The notes beneath the pieces were generated by a model, which was given only the letters and a program-made list of their open reading frames with translations, did no database searches and had not been told where the DNA came from. From Bugula neritina (taxonomy: Eukaryota; Animalia; Bryozoa), in contig OZ037767.1 of the NCBI GenBank assembly GCA_964035545.1, positions 15,965,292-16,029,291 on the forward strand: DNA of 64,000 nt, in the 5' to 3' direction. The position numbers were made by a program, and so were the translations under genes. How positions within the stretch are numbered: the first letter of the stretch is position 1; every line of letters begins with the position of its first letter. Below, in pieces: positions 1-18,287 of this stretch.

Positions 1-3000
1 TAAGCTGCCGCTGGTCAAGTTTCACTAATCTTTCTGTAATCCAGTGGTGTGCTGCAGCAATGTCATACCTGAGTAGAACGAGAGTACTTGACATTTGGTA
101 GCACCGCTGTTACCCAGCCACACAAAGCAGTGCTGTTGTTGTTTAATCCACCATCCTTTAGAAGTTGCTTCTCTGTATTTAAATTAAATATGAATTATAA
201 TACAATCTGTTAAGAGAACTAGAATAATTAGCTGTTGTATGACTAATAAAAAAGTTAATGCGCATGTATGAGTGTACATACTTGATATTACGTCAACTGT
301 AATAGCTGTCAGGAAATGCTGCCATTACCGCTGAATAAAAAATCAATGAAAACTAGAAATAGACTTGCATTAGGCCGGTCAGTGAGGCATGCATTAGTTT
401 GAGTTAATGTTGATAAATTAATGAGCAATGAAATGATCTTTATAAAAAAGCATCCCAATTTTTAGAACTTTTAGTCTTCAATAAATTGTTAATTGCTAGC
501 CTGGGCAATGTTAGGTTGCTTTGAGGAATGGCCTGAGTAATCAGAAAAAGGCCTGAAGGATGGCCTGGGCAATGTGAAAAAGCCCGAGATATGGCCTGAG
601 GAGTGATATGGCCATCTGGTGATAATACTAATAGTACATACAGCCAACCCATGTTAACTCCTTTAGCCAAATTGCTAGCAATGTGTGTAGATTTGAATTA
701 ACACATTTGCTGTGGAAGTTGCGGGTTCATGCAGCTATGCATAAACAAGGGATGTAACAGCTTGATATACAGGGATAGTGTTCATAAACTTGTGGGAGTA
801 GAAGTTTAATGTAGTTAATAACTAGCAAATTTATGATAATTGTATCAAATACATGTGTACATTTATTATGCTAAATGCATGAGGTAAAGACAAAAGATAG
901 ATTATGTCAATTAAGCCTCTGGGTTTGAGAGAAAGTTTACAATAACTGAAGTTATCCACTTAATAAATAAAGCAGGTACCTCTAAACTGACAGAAGGTCA
1001 ATTCATCTTTGCAGGGTTTAGAGATCATGCAAATCATTGTAAAAAGTGGATTTGAGAAAAAGAACTCATCTAACCGCTGCAGTAGTTATATCAACAACTG
1101 GGCACATACAGTAATAATTATATGTACATGTATGTTCTCTAACTTACACACACTTACCTACTGATACAATCCAACTCCTTCAGTGCTGTAAACTGTCCCT
1201 GCAACCAGCTAATTATGGGGTCTATTGAACTCACTACTGCACCCAACCCTAATGCTCCACCTTACGTAACAAAACAGCTAATATACTTTGCACTGAGTAA
1301 ATACATTATTGAACAGTTGAATGTGTCGCAACACATTAGTGAACAATCAATCTATAGCTATAAAAGCAAATATGAAAAGGAACAGTTGATCTAGCAATGA
1401 GGCAGCAAGCCCCAGTGCTAATCAAATCATTGTAAATAATGAATAAGTAAGTTTATAGACTTGCAACGTGCTGATACTGGATCAGCTTTATTGTGGTAAG
1501 GGGGAGGGGCAATGCTACCCACAGCAGTTTTAGATGGGAGAGGTTGAAAATAAGGCTAAAATTTGTACTGAAAATTTGATTTAATTAGATTATCACTTTA
1601 AATTAATGTTATTCGTGTTTTAAGATTCAATTCTTATTGCTTAAGTTTAAGTTCAAAGTTCAAGTTTTTACTAAACAAATAATTTATATTTCTTGCTAAG
1701 CATAATAATATGATGCTATTTATGCTTGTATCAGTTTTCAAACTCCTTGGGGTAGACAACTTCTTATGCTACAAAGTGCAGGTGGTGATAAACAGCTGCT
1801 TTTATTTTAGTCATATTACTTTTAGATATTAATTTACTAACTTTAGCAGCACAGACTAAAACATTGAGTTGTTTTCTTGCCTCTGAACAACAAAGACTGC
1901 ATAATACTAGCAGTTAAAATCAATTAACAATGAAATTCATTGACTTTAACATTTTACAGAAAAATAATAATGATGCTACAGATAGTTTAACAAAAAACCC
2001 AACATATGTTGTGAGCTCAATTCTAAGTAACTAAGCTGTCTTATAAGCCTGCATGTCAATGTAAAGACTATATTATTACAGGAGAAGATACTACAGCTTA
2101 TATGCATCAAGTATATATCATATTTATTGGTGGACAATACATTTTGGTAGAAATTCATGTAATAAACAACACAGGAAAATAGCAGGAGAAGCAAAGTCTG
2201 AAAAGAGATTAACAATGTTTGCATAAATTATATTATAAAATAACATTATAAGTTTAGAAACTCAGGTTTTTAAAAAGTCATACATTTTTCAACAACCAGT
2301 TTTCAGCGGACATTGCATTGCTTATAATCATTATGCAGCTGTCAATAAATTTGTGACAATATTAAATTATAATGTTATACAATAGGAGCTCAATCGACTT
2401 TAGAAATATGCATTTCCTGCATGGGCCAATTAAGGGTGTTTTTACAATGATATGCATAATTATGGCTATTAGCTGCTATACTTTGTGTGCATACAAATGA
2501 AATATTGCATAATGTGGCAATTGCATGCAGCCTTGTAAAAATAGAAAATTTTTGCATTGCAACAATTATACAAGCAGGGGATATTTGGAGATATACAGTA
2601 GCAGAAGTTGATAGATTTTTATGTGGGCTTTAAACAGCCGGATTTGTCAATTAACTTTAAGTGCGTGTATGGAAGTCAGAGAAATGGTGCATTTTATTTT
2701 TTTCGGATTTGTAGCGTCTTTTTGAAAATTTCTGCTGCTATATTGCAATACTTATAGGTGAGTTTTGACTCACTCATTTTAGTTTACTTAAAGTCTGTTA
2801 AATTCTCTTAGACTCTTGACTTATTTTTAGCTTCGATAAGTGAAAGAAACTTCATTAGGATGAGGGCAAGCAATTCCCAAATACTGCTAAGCTTGCTTTT
2901 TTTAATAGCCATTGCATGCGGATAGTTTTAGGCATCAATTGTGCACCATGGTGCATAGTTTAGTGGCTATAGTTATAGTGTTAGAAGGTTTTAAACCTGC

Positions 3001-3196
3001 TACGTATTGAAGAGAGGGGGGCTATCAACAAGTCCCGTAAGTAGCTTAACTTAGAATGAGTAAGAACTAAGGTTAAATACAATATTTAGGACACATCTTA
3101 TTGGATGATGAGTCTCTCCAATCTTGAAATTGATTGGCTAGCTGAAATAGGTCAGGTTATGCCATACACTGGATATTTTAGTGGTGGGTGTATGAG

Positions 3197-7459
<4,263 letters not shown>

Positions 7460-10400
7460 TACAGCATTTCAGTGAAATGAGACATTTATTTGGAAAAATG
7501 TATAGTCAAAATAAATTCCCGTTGCTGAATTCAATTGTGAAGAATTTCTTGAATTGATTTCTTGTTTCTCAGCTAGAGGTCATGTCACCAATATTGACGG
7601 TGCCACAGCTACAAACAGACAGACTGTATACTTGTCACACAATATGTAGAAATAAGTTAATTGCCTTTGTGAGTCGTATATTTATATACAGGCATAATTG
7701 ATGTCCTTTGGGAGGGTCTGCTTATATAATAAACCTTTCCACAATGACCTCTTTTGACCACAGACTGAGTAGGCTGCTAACTAGCATAAGAGCTCAATAG
7801 CACAGACTATTTGGATAAAAATAGAACTAATGATATTGATAGCTTTGTACATAATTGCCAGTGAATTATCTGAAATGCTGTTCTACATGGAAAAAGGGAA
7901 TAAATGGATAAACATAAAGAAATATGCCTGCCAGTTGAAATCAATACAATGTTCAGTGTTTGCTTAATATTATTGCACACAATATTTGTCAACAACGGAC
8001 TGTTGATTAATAAGTTATTGATTTTGGCATCGCTAAGTAGTTACTAATAGCATATGCACTGACAGACCGTGAAGATCTACTTAATTATAGCCTGGCATAA
8101 CACTCTGCAATATTTCATTCCATACGTTCTGCTTTCATGAAATTCCATGAAGGCAGAACGTCTGCTATACGACTAAAACACTGCAACAATACATTCAAAT
8201 GTTTAAACTAGTGATTTTCAAATTTGAAAAAAGTTTTTTCAATATCATTAGTGTGTAGTAATTGATTCAGAATATAATTTATTGTAATTGTTCAAACAGT
8301 AATAATTTACATTATCAAACTTTGCAATATAATGTGCCTACTCAAAAACTTTGTTTTAAATTTATTTTTTAGAAAATATTCAAGGCTAATTCATAACTGA
8401 AATCATCCTAAATGTTTACTCAAACAGATTTAGTCTCATGTGAAAAGCTCAAACCAGCAAAAGCAAGGAAACAGTAAAAACTCAGTAACTAGAATCTCAC
8501 GCATGACTATAAGCTCATAAATATTTACAGTGGGGAGAGAGTGTTGTACCTCAAATCTCTTGAGAGACAAATTTGTTATACTTAGAAATTGAATTAGAAA
8601 TAGCAACTGGGTATTTGCGCTAACAGCTGCTTACAAATTCAAGGCTTAACAAAAAGGGAGTCTTTGAAAATTTATAAAAATACTTTTATTTTTTTCAATT
8701 TTGCTCCCAAAATACTTTTTAATTATAAAAATACCTTTACTTTTTCAATTTTACTCCCAAAATACTTTTTAATTATAAAAATGCTTTACTACAGAAAAGG
8801 TGTTGATTATTTAAAGTAAACTAGAATTAAGGAATACAATATATTCAACATTGTAGCTTGATAAATGTAATTTATGTCAACTCTAGTATTCTGAGCAACC
8901 AAAAAAATTGCAACTGCATCTTAAATTCCTCTGACAGTTCTACATAAGTGAGAACTAAAAGAGATATTATACAGTTGTTTTTAAAAAGAATAATAACATT
9001 CCAATTTTCTGAATTTAAATTATGAAATTTGTCTCGAAATACAAGGAAATCTAAATGAAGAAAACAGAACAAGCATTAGAGTAAATTAAGCCTGAGCTTA
9101 ATTACTATCACAGTACTTTATACTCTCTCAAAGCTAGCTGGCAGCTTGATTAACAATTTTTAAGCCAAGTCATAACTAATATAAAAAAACTTATGCAGGA
9201 TTTTTTCAACTAATATAAAAGCACTATTATATTGTTACATTATACGTAATATAAGACTTTCACTTTTAAACCCCAAGCATAATACTTATAGAAGCACTAT
9301 TTTATTGTTATGTTACATAATATATAATACTATGAGAAAGTATGGGTAATGAATGAGATAACTGTTAAAATTCCTTTAGAAATACTACAGCTACTCCTGC
9401 AGTGCTATATTTTATGTCACAAAGCATACTTTGTGCTTGTAAGTTCCGTATTCCCAAGCTGCTACAGCTAAAGCCGGTTAGTGCCTGTATACTTATATAT
9501 ATAAATTGGATTATGACTAAAATAAATTGGATTTATAGAGGTGGGACTCTCTTGGGAGACTAACTCAACAGTAGTGGACTTAGCTAAAGGACCATACCAA
9601 ATTATATAGATTAAGAAGGGTGAGTAGAGATCTCTTTTGTCATAAAAAGAGAGTTTTTGGTAAGATTGCAACTCAAGCTTTTCCTTTATAAGGTTTATCC
9701 TAAGGTCTAGTTAAGAAACATGGAATACTCTTTAGACACTAACATAAAGGGTTCAATGTTTAATGAAGCCATGAGTTCCTGTTTATTAGGTAGTAAATAT
9801 ATATATCTCTATAGGCTCTTCCAGTCAGACAAAATTTAAAAAGTTAAAAGAATTTGGAAAAAATGCTTGCTGAGTTATAAAATGCAAAGCCAGAGGAAGT
9901 CAAAATAAAATGACGAACTGTGTTATAAAATCAGTAGTGTCTTGAATTACATACATGTGCATAATATCATCTAGATAAATGTTTGTCAAGTTAGATGAAT
10001 TTAAACAGTATATTTCAACATAATGATATTCGCTTTAGAAATTTAAACAATAATTATCAGTCCTTACAAAACAGATAGAAATATCATTGTGAATTTATCA
10101 ATTTTGAAATTAGTTGAAAACAGAGCACCTGTAGAGAGCTGTCAGCATTTCCCGGTTGAATGCTGCTGCCTGGTGGCAGTGAAGTGATTCATTTTAACTC
10201 AAATTGCTTAATGTTTTTTAATTTTGAAATAATCACAATTAAAAATAAGTTAATATTAGAACAATACTGTTATTCACATTAAATACATAGCATGAGAATT
10301 GCTGTCACTGTTTTATATAGTGATAGTCAGAAAATTATGGGAGAGAAACATTTTATTTAAGATGATAAATTGAAAAAATGTCACCATAACCTAAAACTTT

Positions 10401-11883
10401 TAATGACATGCATTGACTAAAGTTAGATCATTTCATATCCTAATTGCTTCGAAGAAAGTTAAAGCTTACTGCATACATGTTAATATATGCAGCCTCCATA
10501 TTAAAATTTCATACAGTAAATATTTAAGAAAAACTAATAAAACTTAACTTTATCTAAATATTACAGTGATCGACTGCTTTAATCACATTTAATCACCTTT
10601 TAGTACCACTGAATTTGTACCAGAAACCATATTTTACAACCACATGTACAAAAAATGCACATTCTCTCCTCCTACTTTGCAGTGTAACTATTATTGTATT
10701 GTTGCCGTGCAGTAATAAAAAGCAACTTAATGTTCAGAGCTTCCTTCTGACAAACTATTTCTGCACTAATTTGTTATTCAGTCAACAGCAAAGCAGTTGT
10801 ACCCAAGCAGTAAAATGGTTCTAACATGTTGATTACAGTTGGTCTAATTTCTGTATCAAAGCTAGTTTCTACCAGTACCATGATCGGAGTATAAAAGCTG
10901 ACAGGACAGATTAGTCAATAAAAAACTTAATTGAAACTAAAACAGTTGTTTAAAAATTAGAATACAGCATCAGCTAATAAGTCAACTGAAAATGAATATT
11001 TCGAAGAACTGTTTACACACTTTTGACCATATACAATCCAAACTATGGTCAACTTGCCGGGACTAAATAATCTACCAACTTGGGTCAGGAGTTCTTACCT
11101 TGTGCATTCATAATAGAAGCCCTGAGACAAAAATATGCAAAAAGAATAATTTCTAAAGTACGTCTGCCAATCTAATCAGGCGACCAAGTGCACAAGTTTG
11201 CCGATGTATAGTGATAAAATCTAAAATACTTACAATATGGAAGTGTTTATCACTGATGCCGGACTACTTTCACTGCAAACAGGTTAGTTTATGTTGCATG
11301 TATGCAAGTGCCATTGGATGATATTGTATAAGAAGAAGGTTATAGAATGTGTTACAATAGGAACAATGTGTTGATCTGTTGTCACAAACTACACCTTGTC
11401 GCATTGATAATATACTGCAGTACTGCGAACTGTCATGATAACTATTGATTGGTCAGCGTGTAAAATCAATTGCAGTGTTGTGTTGAAATTGTCAAGGCAC
11501 TGAACATACGGAGTTTACATTAGAATAATGCTATTGATTAATATTACAAAATTACTTCCTGACTAAAAGTGTGTTATCTGACAGAAATATTAAATGGAAA
11601 TTTGCTGCGGCATCGATCTTGCTAAGTAAACGGAGTGCTTTCACATAGCTGACACGAGGACTAAATACTGTATTATGTGTAGAATAATTGGATTTGGAAT
11701 AAAGGAGATTACAAACTAATGCAGTTTCTTGTGTCTGAACAATATTGCTTATATAATATTATATGCACAGTTATGACTTGACTTTGTATATGATATTCAT
11801 GTCTTAATATGCTGACTTTAGAAATAGCAAGTTGTTAGACTAAGTTCTCGTGGTCTGACAGTTGTTTGCAACATTCACATTTA

Positions 11884-12045
11884 GGAGCAGTAGTGGAGAA
11901 ATTAAGATAGTTTGTGATCTTTAATTGTTTTATTAAATTTGGTTTGGGGCACAGGTTGAAGATCTTGAGAGAAAATAACTTATTTTGCTACCTTTCTAAT
12001 CTACAACACAGGCTTTTCTTAATTTCTCCATTAATTTACTGCACC
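11884..12045. mobile_element. MITE family B, copy 1 (~160 bp, ~25-bp imperfect TIRs)
   Basis: ggagcagtagtggagaaattaaga...tcttaatttctccattaatttactgcacc. Colinear along its length with the copy at 50651-50805. Confidence 0.75.
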
Positions 12046-12738
12046 ATCTCAACTCTCAATCTAATATAAATGAAAGCCAAACAATGTGTAGCCTAGTTAC
12101 AGGGCACTTATTAGAAATATAAGAAACTGTTCTATCAAGTTATATTTATCAATATAAAAATATTCTGGAAAATAGCAATTATTACACTTTAAACTGCAAA
12201 GACAATTACTTTGTTTGGTAAAATGATTTTTGATGTAACTTTTGTTTAATTCCATGAAAGTTACTGTACTCTTGTCTGCTAACCACAAACACTTTCTCTC
12301 CAGTTTCAATTAAATCATGCCACAAGACCCTTAGAGTCGTTTCAGCTACTTACAGCACATAAACCCACTCATTACATTGTTGTGCTGGTCAATGGACACC
12401 AGGTTTTGTTTGAAATAAAATTCTCTTTTATTATACGCATATGGAACCTATGCCTTGATAAGACAACTCTTAAAAGATTAAAGGGAAAACGACTAATTCA
12501 CAGCAACTTTTACCAAATACAGAATTTCCATAAAACTAAAAGTTTGAATACTTAAACAACACCTGACCTAAATAAATTTGAGTATAAAATCTTTAAAAAA
12601 ATAAATAGAACATTCGTTTTATGATTCTGTAATTCATTTAAACTATAAAGCAAAATTTTTATTTCAATTTGATTAACATTTTATACGACAAAGAAAATTT
12701 TCCTAAAAGGGATGATTGATCTGGTATAACGCGATTGC

Positions 12739-15700
12739 CTAAATAGAAGAGGAAGGGGTTGCGATTCTTTTATTATAGAAGTCTGTCAGGATAGCACAGA
12801 TCTCTTCGGGCTCTTGCATGTGGAAGTGGTGTGCTCCTCCGTAATGTATGTGCTGAACCTTCAACGAAAAGACAACTCTCAACTGACATAAGTAATCGTT
12901 TATACAAGTTAAATTTAGAAGATGAATTGCATGTTTCGCGATCATCAAGATGTATATTTAAGAAAACAATTCAAGACACAAAAAAGGAGGTTTTATTGAA
13001 AATTATCTTTGGTTTTGATAACCATAATAACTCGAGAAGATAAATAAACAACAGAATAGATATCTCCTTCACAATCAACACTATGGTGCTGCGCTGGATT
13101 TAAATATAAACAACTCGAAGTGATGCAGAAAATTCGATGGGGAGACAAACTTAATAGTATAAAGAAAAAGTTAACAGACATGAAATAATGGAAATGTGAC
13201 TACATGAGGGTGTTTTAGCTGTTTTAATTTGATGGCACAGACTCACGTTAGCTCTTGTTGGTAACGCACTAATTGCAGAGTATTACTTAGAAATATTTTT
13301 CTAAAAACACACCCCCAATTAGAGACATACGAGAGTTCATACCGGTGACATGATTATATTCTACAATATATTGACACAAAAACTGGAGGCTGTCTAAAGT
13401 GTCAGCGCTACACCTTGCAGGTTAAGCAAAAATTAACCAAGAAAATTTCACGTCAGCTTCTAAATTGCCTCCATTGTCATTGAAAATTCCCCTTTTAGCA
13501 ACTGGCAACTTTCAGTGAAAGCAGTTTACACCAGAGTTCTGTACCTGACCATAGCTTTGGTTGACCTTGTTGACCTATATAAGGCGCATGCTTTAGAGAA
13601 CTTACTCTATTGCATGGAACACGGTCTATTTTCATTCCGGCGACAGCAATACCGCTTTTCTGCATGATATGGTGGTTTACAGATGATAAGGCAACCAAAA
13701 TATGATGCAATATGCACTGGTATAAATTATATGTTAATTATATATCTATAGATATTATATTGTGCTATATTAGTGTTATTACATATACTGTATTATATTA
13801 GTGTTATTACATATATTATATTAGTGTTATTACACATGTTATATTATATTAGTGGTATTACATATACTGTATTATATTACTGTTATTACATATACTGTAT
13901 TATATTAGTGTTATTACATATACTGTATTATATTAGTGTTATTACATATACTGTATTATATTAGTGTTATTACATATACTGTATTATATTAGTGTTATTA
14001 CATATACTGTATTATATTAGTGTTATTACATATATTATATTAGTGTTATTACATATACTGTATTATATTAGTGTTATTACATATACTGTATTATATTAGT
14101 GTTATTACGTATACTATATTATATTAGTGTTATTACATATACTGTATTATATTAGTGTTATTACATATACTATATTATATTAGTGTTATTACATATATTA
14201 TATTAGTGTTATTACATATACTATATGATATTAGTGTTATTACATATACTATATTATATTAGTGTTATTACATATACTATATTATATTAGTATTATTACA
14301 TATACTGTATTATATTAGTGTTATTACATATACTGTATTATATTAGTGTTATTACATATACTATATTATATTAGTGTTATTACATATACTGTATTATATT
14401 AGTGGTATTACATATACTGTATTATATTAGTGTTATTACATATACTGTATTATATTAGTGTTATTACATATACTGTATTATATTAGTGTTATTACATATA
14501 CTATATTATATTAGTGTTATTACATATATTATATTAGTGTTATTACATATACTATATTATATTAGTGTTATTACATATACTATATTATATTAGTGTTATT
14601 ACATATACTGTATTATATTAGTGTTATTACGTATACTGTATATATAACACCCACCTGTCCTGGACACTCCACCTCTAATCTCTTCATGTGTGACAGATAC
14701 ACCCGCCTATTCTCTTCCGTAGTTGTGAAGTCCATCTTAGAACTGCGTAAAGGGGAGACAATTACAACACTTTACACACTCTACATACCAGTTATTTGGG
14801 TACGAGATATACTTGAATGAGTGGTAATTCAATTCAAATATGTAGGCTATGCTAACACTGATACAATAAATACTACGTATTGCTATTCACTGTTTGCTAA
14901 CATACAGCTAAACAAGCCCCATGGCTGACAAAGGAGTACGTGAAACTAACTGCTAAGGCAGTGAAATATGCTGATGACGTATATTTAAAAAACTGTGAAA
15001 AATCTAAATATTTCGAAAGCTATCTTCCATGTAACAATCCATTAGTTGATTTCATGGTATGACATCACATTCAATTCTGAGAAAAAGACTAGCATGTCCT
15101 AAGAGTGAGGACTAAATTTGTAGCAGTTTAGGGAAGAAATACACTTCCAATCAAAGTTTGAGACGACAGCTAAACTAGTACAACATTATAATATGCTAAA
15201 AACTACATACACTTGTCCTTCCCCAAACAACACTTAAAATAACATAGCAGGAGAAAGGAAGACAACTCATACATATAAACTACACCATTATAACGTATAC
15301 ATGTGAACTTACTGTATGAAAAGGAAAGAACAGTTTTTAGCCTGTTTCACGGAGTCTATTATTGTATCTGTAGTGTGGGTTAGCACCATGTTAGTCTGAA
15401 ACAGTAGCATAACGTTCTGAGAGAGAAATATGGCACCGAGGCTAATAAGAGTGAGAGCCAAACAGAACTGGCAGTTTATCTTACAAATAGGTTGAGAAGC
15501 ATCAAATATATCCCTGCTCTGAACGTCTACTGCATTTATCAGATACCGGAGTTGAAATTGTTCTAATAAGAATGAGAGAGTAGTATGTACATTGTAAGTG
15601 CATTATACCTACATTATAATGTAGGTACAATGTATGTACATATATTTTACATACATTTTAAGTGCATTGTAGCTACATTGTAAGTGTATTGTAAGTATTG

Positions 15701-18287
15701 CATTGTAAGTATATTGCACCTACAGTGTAAGTATACTATAAATACATTGCAGAATATTGTATTTACAGTGCAAGTAGATTATACTTCTAGTGTAAGTATA
15801 TCACAGGTAAATAGTAAGTATGTAGTAAGTAAAGAGACAGCTGAAAGTGTAATAATTACCCTGTTGTGTAGAGCCTTGTCTCTAGTGTAGATATACATTC
15901 CATTATCTACAGAATACAATGTCTATATACACAGATGTAAGATTTGTAACTCTCTGTAACACATCACATTATGACTGAGTTATATACATTTTGTCACGCA
16001 AAATGCCTAGCCATTCTCTTAGACTATATATGGATAATGTGCTAACAGAACTCTAGGAATGATAACTCCTAATACGTATGTGCACATATGATGGAAAAAC
16101 CAGCAGCTTATTTGCTAAAAAACTAAGCTGTTGAAAATAATGACTTTGAGCTTGTCCTGTACTTCATTAATTTCATTAACGAAATCAATTTCATCAATTT
16201 AAACGTTGAGGTACTGGACTTATGAATAATTTATAAAAGTGAATTTTCCAAGGAGATATTTTGTAGAGGGAACAATTCCAACTTATATACAAACAGAACC
16301 AACTACAGTCGCAGAAAAAATATTGACTAGGTACTAAAACAAAACCAGGAAACTTAATGCAAGTCACCTTTACTGTAGACTAAGTACTACGAAGCACTTT
16401 ATTGGTACGTATGGGGACACTGACCAAGTTGTCTAGACCCCCTCCTCATGAGGATGTTAAAGTCCTCTTCCTTAAGATCCTTGACAGCTGACAGCCACCT
16501 GTCCTTCAGCTCCTCCCAGGTGTGCTCTCTATCAGTGTCACTCTCCGTGTCACAGTACTTCAGGTACTTGTCTAACTGCCTTCCAAATGCAGGGTATGGG
16601 GCACCTGGCTATGTGTGTATAGTTTTATATATGACAGTCATACGCTTTGCTATATAATATTATAGCAATATTTAATAATTAAATGCTTTTGTGATATAAT
16701 ATTATGGTTATCATCTATTTAGAATATATCTTTTAAATAAATTAAAGTCGAATTAACCTGCTTTTACTACCACAACAAAAAAGCTCTACAAGTAAATACA
16801 GACACTAAGAGAAGATTTTGCAGTTAGCTTGGTATCTCACTCTGAATTGCAAAACTAAGATGAAGAGAGTTGAAAGCCGCTATATTTCGGTTTCAATAAC
16901 ATATTTATCAGATACAGCTGATAGAATAGATAGAAATACTGTAGAGTATAGACTGGTCAGCAGATATTATACCTGGACTTTGAAAACAGCAAGAGAAGGT
17001 ACTTCATATCATAAGATAAACAAACACAAATCGTACTTACAACAACACCCTGTTATGGGACAAACACATTATAAATATCAACATAAGGTTAATTATCCAC
17101 AAATAATTATGAGCTCACCGTGAGTTCCAGAGGAATGATAACTCCATCTAATGCTACCACTGATGTAACTTCCTCTGGGTAACACATAGCATAAAGTACA
17201 GCTCTCATTGCTCCCATACTGTGCCCTGTATAATCACACAGTGATGCTGTTACTATACAGTAGTCACTATACAGTAGTTACTATACAGTAGTCACTATAC
17301 AGTAGGTACTATACAGTATGCACTATACAGTAGTTACTATACAGTAGTTACTATACAGTAGGTACTATACAGTAGTTACTATACAGTAGTCACTATACAG
17401 TAGTTACTATACAGTAGTCACTATACAGTAGTTACTATACAGTAGTCACTACACAGTAGTCACTATACAGTAGTCACTATACAGTAGTCACTATACAGTA
17501 GTCACTATACAGTAGGTACTATACAGTAGTTACTATACAGTAGGTACTATACAGTAGTTACTATACAGTAGTCACTATACAGTAGTTACTATACAGTAGT
17601 CACTACACAGTAGTCACTATACAGTAGTCACTATACAGTAGTCACTATACAGTAGTCACTATACAGTAGGTACTATACAGTAGTCACTATACAGTAGGTA
17701 CTATACAGTAGTTACTATACAGTAGTCACATCGTCCACACTGTCTACCCACCAATTATATTATACTTGGTCCATCCCAGCTGCTTGACAATACTTCTCAC
17801 CCCTTGAATTTCTATAGCGGGTGAGTATGGTATTCCCGAAGGTAAATGACTAGATAAGCCATGGCCTGGGAAATCTAAGCAAGCTACACATCTTTCTACA
17901 AGAAGTTAACATTATAATTAGTCAAGTCTTAGAGTAGAACATGATTCACAAAGCTAGAGTTAGCAAAGGCATAGATCTGGTATTATTTTTAACATGCAGG
18001 CAAAAGACAAAAGTTAATCATTCATTTACAATTCTAATAGAGTAATTTACCCTTATTTTTTTAAACAATTCGACCCATTTATTGACACAAGCATTACATA
18101 ACATCAAACCTTTAGTTGAAAATCTTTCCATCAGAGGATCAAAAGACCCGGCGTTATCGAGCCACCCGTGTAGAGCTACGAACTTCTCAGCTGACCTGAC
18201 ATTTTCACCCCAGAGTTTGCAAGAGAGTTTCCCATAACCCACTTTGGTTAGAATGTCTTTGCAAAATCGCGATGTTGAAGATGCCAT
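12739..18287 (-). CDS. SERHL: Serine hydrolase-like protein (SERHL-type alpha/beta hydrolase), 8 coding exons, ~316 aa
   Basis: Exons 18287-18110, 17895-17752, 17225-17119, 16608-16425, 15906-15860, 15395-15313, 14742-14655 and 12858-12739 are in phase (951 nt). Motifs: LHGWLDNAGSFD, LDFPGHGLSSH, nucleophile GHSMG, VALD, YTRD and C-terminal GAHHFHMQEPE (catalytic His). Confidence 0.88.
13755..14640. repeat. 28-bp minisatellite (attatattagtgttattacatatactgt), ~30 copies, SERHL last intron
   Basis: Directly visible tandem array starting ~14 nt from the donor at 14654. Confidence 0.97.
17251..17728. repeat. 15-bp minisatellite (cactatacagtagt[c/t]), ~32 copies, filling SERHL intron 2
   Basis: Directly visible; occupies almost all of intron 17226-17751. 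Confidence 0.97.

Noticed and set aside
1-172. Possible exon of a further minus-strand gene at the window edge
   Set aside because: An acceptor-like site and higher GC are present, but no recognisable protein motif in any frame; cannot be supported from this window.
495-670. Recurrent GGCCTGA motifs / ORF 440..670
   Set aside because: No termini, TSD or protein similarity identifiable; probably a decayed repeat.
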